From positions 1 through 36,375 of the forward strand of contig OMJR01000125.1 of assembly GCA_900299355.1 (NCBI GenBank): 36,375 nucleotides of DNA, in the 5' to 3' direction. Below are positions 8,341 to 14,825 of this stretch, in pieces. The translations under genes were made by a program, and so were the position numbers. The notes below the pieces were generated by a model. It did no database searches. It was not told where the DNA came from and was given only the letters and a program-made list of their open reading frames with translations. This DNA is from Anaerolineaceae bacterium. GTDB taxonomy: Bacteria > Chloroflexota > Anaerolineae > Anaerolineales > UBA11579. Position 1 is the stretch's first letter, and each line of letters opens with the position of its first letter.

Positions 8341-9090
8341 TCACCGAACCCGGCCCCAGGCGTAATGCGTGGGCACATGCAACACGCGCTCGCCGCTCTG
8401 CCAGGCTTGCCGGTCGCGCTCCAGGAGCCCTTCGAGCGTGGCGGAATCGACGAAATCCTGCAGGTCATCGCGTAGCACGGAGTGCTCGATTTCAAGATCT
8501 TCCTCGGACAGTTGGGCAGTGGAAAGCATTTCCATCCGGCCGGTTTCGATCTCGGCCAGACCGGCGGCGCGGAAGAGTTGGCCCAGCCGCGCCCCCAGCA
8601 TCGGATCGGCGCCGCGGGCACGCAGCGCGGCGGTTTGCAGCGCGCCCAGTTCGGCCAAGTTGTCGGGCTTATCGATGCGTGCGCCATAGTCGGGCTCCGC
8701 GAAGGCGGCCACCACTCCGCCTGGGCAGGTGACGCGCGCTATTTCGGCTAACGCTGCGGCGGGATCCGCCAGCCAGAGCAGCACATAATGCGTGAAGGTC
8801 AGGTCGAAGGAATTATCGGGAAAGGGTAGCTGATGGGCATCGCCGCCCGCCAGGCGTAGCTGCGGCTGCTGGCGGCGGGCAATGCGCAGAGAGGGCAGAT
8901 CAATGTCCAGGCCGACGGCGGCGTTTGGGGCGGGGTAGGCGCCTAAGACAGCGCCCGTGCCGCTGCCGACCTCCAGGATCGGGCTGCGGGGTGTGATGCG
9001 AGCCTGCACGAAAAGGTGGTCGCGCAGGCGGGCAGTCCAGGTGGCCTGTTGGCGATAGCGGCGGTGGAGGGCGTCAAAGCTGGGGGGCAT
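8341..9090 (-). CDS. Class I SAM-dependent methyltransferase
   Basis: Motif I ILEVGSGTG, VGLDID, GDAHQLPFPDNSFDL, RVTCPGG. Confidence 0.92.
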   Translation of the reverse strand: MPPSFDALHRRYRQQATWTARLRDHLFVQARITPRSPILEVGSGTGAVLGAYPAPNAAVGLDIDLPSLRIARRQQPQLRLAGGDAHQLPFPDNSFDLTFTHYVLLWLADPAAALAEIARVTCPGGVVAAFAEPDYGARIDKPDNLAELGALQTAALRARGADPMLGARLGQLFRAAGLAEIETGRMEMLSTAQLSEEDLEIEHSVLRDDLQDFVDSATLEGLLERDRQAWQSGERVLHVPTHYAWGRVR

Positions 9091-9096
9091 GGGGCG

Positions 9097-9126
9097 ATTA
9101 TACGGCGGGTCACCAAGCGGTATACT
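9097..9126. promoter_or_regulatory. Back-to-back -10 elements for leaderless divergent genes
   Basis: TATAAT (minus, 9097-9102) 6 nt before ATG 9090; TATACT (plus, 9121-9126) 5 nt before ATG 9132; no SD on either side. Confidence 0.7.
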
Positions 9127-9131
9127 TAGGC

Positions 9132-10751
9132 ATGGCCCTCACATTGGAACCGCAATCGAAAACGTCTCTGACTCAATCGCTGCGCGATGGCGCGGCGGGT
9201 TTGTTTGGTGCGCTGGCGCCACGGCCGCCGGCTGCCCTCGGCTTGCACCACTACGATGTGGTGTTGCCGGATGGGCGCGAGATGCGCATCCATTTGCGCA
9301 TTGAGCCCAGCGGGGCGGGAGTGCTCTTTGTGGATGTCACCGATGTGGTGCATCTGAATCCTACTGCGGCCTATATGGCCCAGTTGGCGCTCGAAGAAGT
9401 GCCGATCGCGTCGGCGCGCGCCCAGGTGGCGGCACGCTACCAGGCGGTGCCCTTGGCCCAGATGGAACGCGAGCTGCGCCAGGTCTACGACATGATTGAG
9501 GAGTTCCGCCACCCGGAGGGCGATTGCCCCACCTGCCAATTGAGCAGCACGGTGGAGATGTCGCCGCTGTTCAGTGTGGAGGTCAACGCGCCCTACAAGG
9601 TAGATGTAGCCCTGACCTACGGCTGCAATAACGAGTGCCCGCATTGCTACAACGAGGCGGACCGGCTGGAGATGCCTTCACTGCCGCTGACCGAATGGTA
9701 TGCCGTGATCGACCGCTTGTGCGAACTGGGTGTGCCGCACCTGATCCTGACAGGCGGCGAGGCCACGCTGCATCCCGATTTGCCCGAGATCATTCGCTAT
9801 GCCGATGGCAAGGGCATGGTGGTGGGCCTCAACACGAATGGCCGGCATATCGCCCACAAGCCGTATATGGACGAGTTGGCCGCCGCGGGCCTCAACCATG
9901 TGCAGGTCACCCTGGCGTCCAATCGGGCTGAATTCCACGACGCGATGATGGGCACGACGGCCTTTGAGCAGACCGTGGCCGGGATCCAGAACGCGGTGGC
10001 CAGCAAGGTGCACGTGATTACCAACACGACCTTGATGCGCAACAACATGGATCACGCCGAGGAGATCATTGAATACATCTATGATTTGGGCATCCGCACC
10101 TTTGCGATGAACGGCATGATTTATTCCGGCGGCGGCTTTGCCCATCCGACTGCGATCCCGGAAGAAGATATGCCGCCGCTGCTGATCCGCGTGCGCGATA
10201 AAGCCAACGAACTGGGCATGCGTTTCCTGTGGTACACGCCCACCGAGTACTGCCGCATGTCGCCAGTGGAACTCGAGGTAGGCGCCAAACGCTGCAACGC
10301 GGGCGAATATTCGCTGTGCATTGAGCCCAATGGCGATGTGCTTCCCTGCCAGAGCTATTACGTCTCGGCCGGCAATATCCTGCACGACCCCTGGGAACAG
10401 ATTTGGGATGGCGAACTGTTCCGCTCGTTCCGCTACCGCGAAGAGGATCCCAAGGGATACGGCCTGCCCGAGAAATGCTGGACCTGCCCGGACCTGCCGC
10501 TATGTGGCGGCGGCTGTCGCATTGAGCGCGAGGCGCGCGACGGGGTGCGCGTAGCCAGCGACGGCGGCGGAGGCTGCTCAGGATGCAGCGGCAGCTGCGG
10601 CACCGGGGCGGCGGCCAGCCATGTGCGCAGCCATGCGCCCACCGCGGGCTACATTCCGCAGGGCGGCTTTGTGCCCAGCCCCAGCGCCACCAGCACCAAG
10701 GTACGCGCCAGCGGGGACATGAGTTTGATCGGGTTGGATGAAATTGGATGA
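9132..10751 (+). CDS. Radical SAM/SPASM enzyme with N-terminal PqqD/RRE-like domain and Gly/Ser/Cys-rich C-terminal extension
   Basis: CNNECPHC (CxxxCxxC), LTGGEA, SPASM Cys array CNAG..C..PCQ..CWTC..CGGGC; N-terminal VHLNPTAA..ARY..ELRQVYDMI winged-helix pattern; tail GGGGCSGCSGSCG. Confidence 0.93.
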   Translation: MALTLEPQSKTSLTQSLRDGAAGLFGALAPRPPAALGLHHYDVVLPDGREMRIHLRIEPSGAGVLFVDVTDVVHLNPTAAYMAQLALEEVPIASARAQVAARYQAVPLAQMERELRQVYDMIEEFRHPEGDCPTCQLSSTVEMSPLFSVEVNAPYKVDVALTYGCNNECPHCYNEADRLEMPSLPLTEWYAVIDRLCELGVPHLILTGGEATLHPDLPEIIRYADGKGMVVGLNTNGRHIAHKPYMDELAAAGLNHVQVTLASNRAEFHDAMMGTTAFEQTVAGIQNAVASKVHVITNTTLMRNNMDHAEEIIEYIYDLGIRTFAMNGMIYSGGGFAHPTAIPEEDMPPLLIRVRDKANELGMRFLWYTPTEYCRMSPVELEVGAKRCNAGEYSLCIEPNGDVLPCQSYYVSAGNILHDPWEQIWDGELFRSFRYREEDPKGYGLPEKCWTCPDLPLCGGGCRIEREARDGVRVASDGGGGCSGCSGSCGTGAAASHVRSHAPTAGYIPQGGFVPSPSATSTKVRASGDMSLIGLDEIG

Positions 10752-10756
10752 GTCTT

Positions 10757-10862
10757 GAGATTGGTGATTAGAGACTGGCGATTAGTAAGTGGTAACTGGT
10801 AATTACTAATCCTGCACGGTCAATCTCCAGTCCCGTGTCTCCAATTACTAGTTACGAATTAC
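10757..10862. repeat. Inverted heptamer array filling the intergenic space
   Basis: gagattg gtgatta gagactg gcgatta gtaagtg gtaactg gtaatta (10757-10805) and caatctc cagtccc gtgtctc caattac tagttac gaattac (10821-10862). Confidence 0.8.
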
Positions 10863-10872
10863 TGTCTTTTCC

Positions 10873-11727
10873 ATGGACACCTTAATCTGGATCATGCTGG
10901 CCTTGTTGCTGCTGTTCAGCTGGCTGCTGCTGGCTTGGCGGCGGCTGCATGGGCGCGAGTGGCAGCCCTACGTGCCGGCGCGGGCGCGTATCGAGGGCGG
11001 CGGCGTCAAACGCGGGCTGACCCCCGCCGAGGGAGCGATTCTGCTGGGGCGGCCGCTGCACGTGGCGCTGACCCTGGTGGTCTTCGACCTGTTGCGCAAG
11101 GGCTTGGTTGTGCAGGTTGAAGATGACCCGCTCATTGTGGAGGTGGTTGAGGCCTTCCGAACTCGCGGCAGCGGGCTCAGTGCGCAGGCGCGCGGCGACC
11201 AGCGCCGCCGGGCGGCCCAGGCGCTCAGCAAGCCGATGCATATCTACGAAGAAGCCTTCATCGAAATTTTGGAAGCAAACCCTGGCCAGCCGGTGCATAC
11301 GGTTGATTACAGCATCGCTATCCAGCCGCTGTTGCGCTATGTGGCCGGGAGGGTGGGCGGCTATGACCTTGAGGACAGCCGCGCCTACTACCGCTTGATT
11401 ATCGACCGGGCCCCACGTGAGGCACGCAGCGACGGCGTGCTGACTTTTGAGCGCCAGAAAGTGTTCGACCGCAATTTTGGCTGGGTGCTGCTGGGCGATG
11501 ATTTTGAGGCCGTGCTGGACCAGGAAGATTACAGCTATGAGCCGGTGTGGTGGAGAACGTCCGATGTCCTACGTCCAACGTCTTTTGCGCGGTGGGCGCA
11601 GGATGTGTTTGCGGCGATGCAGGCGGCGGTGCCGGAGGACCTGGTGGACGCTGGTTTGCAGCGCGAAGCCGACGGTACCACGGTGACCTTGATGAACGAT
11701 ATCGCCCGGGCGACGTTTAGAGGATAG
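10873..11727 (+). CDS. Single-TM membrane protein, paralog of the cytoplasmic half of 14825..16507 but without the Cys tail
   Basis: GGGVKRGLTPAEGAILLGRPLHVALTLVVFDLLRKG aligns with GHGIKRGLTAPEAAILLEQPMDKILTMILFSVVKKG; YYRLII/YYRNII; PVWW/PRWW. Confidence 0.85.
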   Translation: MDTLIWIMLALLLLFSWLLLAWRRLHGREWQPYVPARARIEGGGVKRGLTPAEGAILLGRPLHVALTLVVFDLLRKGLVVQVEDDPLIVEVVEAFRTRGSGLSAQARGDQRRRAAQALSKPMHIYEEAFIEILEANPGQPVHTVDYSIAIQPLLRYVAGRVGGYDLEDSRAYYRLIIDRAPREARSDGVLTFERQKVFDRNFGWVLLGDDFEAVLDQEDYSYEPVWWRTSDVLRPTSFARWAQDVFAAMQAAVPEDLVDAGLQREADGTTVTLMNDIARATFRG

Positions 11728-11772
11728 GGGACTGTTTGGCAGGCGGGGTCCGTGGTCTGATTATCGTTTCAG

Positions 11773-11820
11773 GGATTTGTCGCTGCGCTTGGCAACGCCA
11801 AGCGCAACGCTCGGAATGAC
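11773..11820. repeat. Solo palindromic repeat (GGAT..TCGC-hairpin-GCTCGGAATGAC family)
   Basis: ggatttgtcgc tgcgcttggc-aac-gccaagcgca acgctcggaatgac; same ends as the arms flanking the GIY-YIG gene. Confidence 0.7.
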
Positions 11821-11884
11821 GACCGATAGCAAAGCAATCGGATTCAGGAGAATGCGTTTAAAAACTAACGCGTATTCTCCACAA

Positions 11885-11914
11885 AAAAGAGGACTGCAAT
11901 TGCAGTCCTCTTTT
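11885..11914. terminator. Bidirectional intrinsic terminator
   Basis: AAAAGAGGACTGCAA/TTGCAGTCCTCTTTT perfect palindrome between convergent genes. Confidence 0.85.
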
Positions 11915-11916
11915 GC

Positions 11917-13077
11917 TTAGCAAGTCGGTTGGCTTTCGCCCGCTTCTTCGCGTTCGGCGGGGAACTCGTCCTCTTCTATGGGGGCGTCGATAACGGCCTG
12001 GATGGTCCACTCCGGCGGGTTGCTGATAAAGCGGCGGCGCTGGCGTTTCACATCCAGGATGTGGACGCCATCGCGCAGCGCGTCCACGGCGGCGAAGAGC
12101 ATGCGCTCCTCGTCGAGGAGGCTGACGGTCTGCAGCCATTCACCGAAGCCGGTGCGCTTGTCGGCGTCGGCTGGCAACTGGCTGAGGTCCACAACGTTGT
12201 GCGGCTGGAAATCGGCATCCAGCAGCAGCAGACGGCCCTGGCCGGTGCTGGCCACCTGGTAGCCGTCGCCCAGCCGGCGCAGGCTATGGGGGTGCAAGAG
12301 ACCCAGTTCGTGCTGGACGAACCTGCCGTCGCGCTGGATTTCGAAGGCCTCCGAGCGATGGAAGCCGGTAGCGATGATGGCGCCATCACGGCCGTAGTGC
12401 ACCCCATTGAGGTTCATCGGCGTGCGGTTGGTGGCCAGGCCCTCGCGCGGCAAATTGAGCGGGTCTGCGACCAGCTTGACTTTGGCTTCGGGGTGCTCAG
12501 CCTGCAAGGCGGCGGCCTGCTGCGGGTCACGGCTGACGTAGCTCTTGTTGGCTTTGACGTAGTTGAAGCCGTGGTCCCAGGCGTTCCACTGCCAGATGAC
12601 CTTGCCGGTAGCCAGCTCAATTTCCAGGATAGTGTCCAGGCCGGTAGAGGCGGTCAAAATCCGCTCGCCGTCCGCCGAGAATTCGATGGTGTGCAGGTAG
12701 CTCATCCAGGGGTGCTCAAAGGCTTCGCTCACCTTTTCGTCCAGGTCATGCAGCACAAAACCGGGGCCGGCGGTGTAGGCCAGTTGCCCTTCATGCAGGT
12801 CAATCTCAAACGGTTCGGTGCTATCCAGGGCCAGCTCCAGTGTGTCTTCACCGAATTCGTCGGTGTCGAGGCTGGTGAAGGCGATGTGGCCGTCGGAATA
12901 GCGCCGCTGGGAGACCTTGTCCACCGAAGTGAGGCCGTAGCTTTTATTGCCCTTGCGGCGGATGATTTTGGCGACGATGGCCAACTGGTTGAACCCCTTG
13001 ATGACGACAAAGGCGTTCAACCGCCGGCCGAGATGGTTATCGTATTCGAATTGGGATAAGTCTAAATGTTTGCTCAT
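11917..13077 (-). CDS. Hypothetical cytoplasmic protein, probable beta-propeller
   Basis: 386 aa with GC3-biased codons; repeated blade-like units (LHTIEFSADGERILTAS; LNGVHYGRDGAIIAT; PHSLRRLGDGYQVAS). Confidence 0.75.
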   Translation of the reverse strand: MSKHLDLSQFEYDNHLGRRLNAFVVIKGFNQLAIVAKIIRRKGNKSYGLTSVDKVSQRRYSDGHIAFTSLDTDEFGEDTLELALDSTEPFEIDLHEGQLAYTAGPGFVLHDLDEKVSEAFEHPWMSYLHTIEFSADGERILTASTGLDTILEIELATGKVIWQWNAWDHGFNYVKANKSYVSRDPQQAAALQAEHPEAKVKLVADPLNLPREGLATNRTPMNLNGVHYGRDGAIIATGFHRSEAFEIQRDGRFVQHELGLLHPHSLRRLGDGYQVASTGQGRLLLLDADFQPHNVVDLSQLPADADKRTGFGEWLQTVSLLDEERMLFAAVDALRDGVHILDVKRQRRRFISNPPEWTIQAVIDAPIEEDEFPAEREEAGESQPTC

Positions 13078-13299
13078 GTCCTATCAGTATTCCTTGAGCG
13101 GGTTAACGCCTAATTGTGAGGCGGCGTGAATGGCGTAAAGGTCGCATGAAGGGTTAATCAACCTCCTGGGTAGCTGGGCGCCGCCAAGCGCAAAGCCCAC
13201 CGCGGAGCCCGTCATCGGGGGGTGCCTGCCGGCTTTGCCTATTGAGTTGAAGTGGTTAGGATTTTTGCCCGGGCGGATGGTGCTGGCCGCGTTGGGGCG

Positions 13300-13371
13300 A
13301 AAAAAATGCGCCTCGTCCGGTAGGGGAGTCGCATTCGGGTTGCTGCGTGTCTATGTAAAGGAATTATACCA
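13300..13371 (-). promoter_or_regulatory. Extended -10 promoter followed by a terminator hairpin (possible attenuator/sRNA) upstream of 11917..13077
   Basis: TGGTATAAT at 13371-13363; AATGCGACTC-loop-GAGGCGCATTTTTTT at 13335-13300. Confidence 0.55.
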
Positions 13372-13435
13372 TAGGCTTACAGCTAAAGCCAAACGCCAAT
13401 GTTGCAGATTTCATTTCTTGCCAATCGTTCTGAGA

Positions 13436-13592
13436 GGGGTTCCTTCCCTCGGCTTGGCTCGGAATGACGAGCAAGGTCACGAATACGCCAACGAAGGATA
13501 CCTGTGAAGCCTATTCGAAGGTCTGGCTTGTTTGCAGGCAGGAATATATGGAGGATTCTTCGGTCGCCACGATGTGGCTCCCTCAGAATGAC
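13436..13592. repeat. Cluster of palindromic repeats of the ...CTC(G/A)GAATGAC family
   Basis: ggggttccttccctcggcttggctcggaatgac (13436-13468) and ggattcttcggtcgccacgatgtggctccctcagaatgac (13553-13592). Confidence 0.7.
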
Positions 13593-13595
13593 GTA

Positions 13596-14825
13596 CTAAT
13601 GGGGCGCCTTCCCCCACACCTTCTCCCATTTATCTTTGACCAGGTTGCCCAACTTCTTCTTGGCGCCCTGGCCGGCGAGCACGTCGCCATCCGGCTCCAC
13701 GTAGAGCCAGGCCTTCCCAGTACCTGACTCAACCGCTCGTTGAGCGGTTGAGTTTGGAGTTTGCGGAGCAAACTCCATCTCACTTGGCGGATTTTCCAGC
13801 TCTAATCTAACCGGATTGAGTTCGGAGTAGGGCACCGGCAGGTCCCAAACCAGCGGCAAATCGATGTAGTCGGCGTGGTCGCGGGCGGCCTGCAGCCTAT
13901 CGGTGAGACCTTTGTCGGCCTCACTGAGCGAGACGGCGGAGACGCCGGCTTCCTTCAAGCGGTCGAGCAGTTGATTGGCTTGTTTGGCATTCTTCTCGGT
14001 CAGTGTCAAGTGTGCGGCGACGAAGATATCGTCGGCCAGCACTTCTTTCCAATAGGCGAAGCCCGCCAGGGATTCCCAGGTCTGCTTCTTGCCGGGTTGC
14101 AGCACGACCATCACGTGGTCCAGCCCCGCGTCCAGCAGGCTCTTGAGGTATTTGGTGTCGCCCAGTTTAAGGCCATCAGTAATCAGGCCGGTGACCATCC
14201 CGTGCGCTTCGCAATGGTCAAGCAGTTCGATCAGGTCTTTGCGCAAGGTCGGCTCGCCGCCGGTGAAGACCGCATGCGGCACGCCGGCCGCCCAGGCCTT
14301 ATCAATCACTGTCTTCCATTCTTCGGTGCTCAACTCTTTATCCACGCGCTTGTGGGGGGCGGCCTCGGCGGGCGCACCCTTGGGCAGCTTATAGGTCAGG
14401 GCGCAATCCAGGCGATAGGGCGCGCTGAGCGCCTCGCTGTAGGGGCGGTGGCGTTCGAAATCCAGGTAGGTTACCGGGTCCAGGTCGGGCACTTCAATCA
14501 AGGCCTGGATTTTCTCGGCGAAGGCGGCGTAATCGGCGGCCGCCTGGGATTTGCCCACCCGGTAGCGCTTGGCGATGGTCTCGGCCACCGTATCGGGCGG
14601 TGTCAGATGAATGAAATGGTAGGCGTATTCGGCGGCGGTCTGGTTGAGATGCAGCACGGTGGCGGCGTTGACCACCAGCACGGCGAAGCCATCCGGCTCC
14701 ACGCGCAGGTGCAGGCGGTAATTGAAGGGATGGCTGGGCGGGGCGGTGTAGGAATACATGCCCGGTTCCAGGCGGCTGGGCCGCTCGGGGTTTAAGCGTT
14801 CGCGCAAGCTATCTAGGATGCCCAT
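13596..14825 (-). CDS. Pseudo-radical SAM protein (RRE-like domain + rSAM fold, Fe-S cysteine motifs absent), paralog of 9132..10751
   Basis: Start ATG 14825 overlaps the upstream TAA (TAATG). RLHLRVEPDG..LHLNQTAA, APYRLDCALTY, FTGGEPTLR, YVEPDGDVL all align with 9132..10751, but CxxxCxxC is replaced by LPKGAPAE and the SPASM Cys are absent. Confidence 0.88.
   Translation of the reverse strand: MGILDSLRERLNPERPSRLEPGMYSYTAPPSHPFNYRLHLRVEPDGFAVLVVNAATVLHLNQTAAEYAYHFIHLTPPDTVAETIAKRYRVGKSQAAADYAAFAEKIQALIEVPDLDPVTYLDFERHRPYSEALSAPYRLDCALTYKLPKGAPAEAAPHKRVDKELSTEEWKTVIDKAWAAGVPHAVFTGGEPTLRKDLIELLDHCEAHGMVTGLITDGLKLGDTKYLKSLLDAGLDHVMVVLQPGKKQTWESLAGFAYWKEVLADDIFVAAHLTLTEKNAKQANQLLDRLKEAGVSAVSLSEADKGLTDRLQAARDHADYIDLPLVWDLPVPYSELNPVRLELENPPSEMEFAPQTPNSTAQRAVESGTGKAWLYVEPDGDVLAGQGAKKKLGNLVKDKWEKVWGKAPH
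13727..13777. repeat. 51-bp tandem double hairpin inside the pseudo-rSAM CDS
   Basis: ACTCAACCGCTC-GTT-GAGCGGTTGAGT and TGGAGTTTGC-GGA-GCAAACTCCA, both perfect stems. Confidence 0.85.

Noticed and set aside
9132-10751. Calling the rSAM pqqE or mftC
   Set aside because: No pqqA-C or mftA/B genes nearby; the similarity reflects only the general SPASM subfamily.
10757-10862. Heptamer arrays and palindromes as a CRISPR array
   Set aside because: No 23-47 bp direct repeats with unique spacers and no cas genes.
13084-13215. 43-codon minus-strand ORF (MTGSAVGFALGG..KEY) as an rSAM precursor peptide
   Set aside because: No RBS, a single Cys and no leader/core pattern; cannot be supported without conservation data.
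13260-13325. Partial resemblance to ZTP (CCATCCGCCCGGGCA) and guanidine-III (CCGGACGAGG) riboswitch segments
   Set aside because: The required partner elements and pseudoknot pairings are missing; kept only as an unclassified leader.
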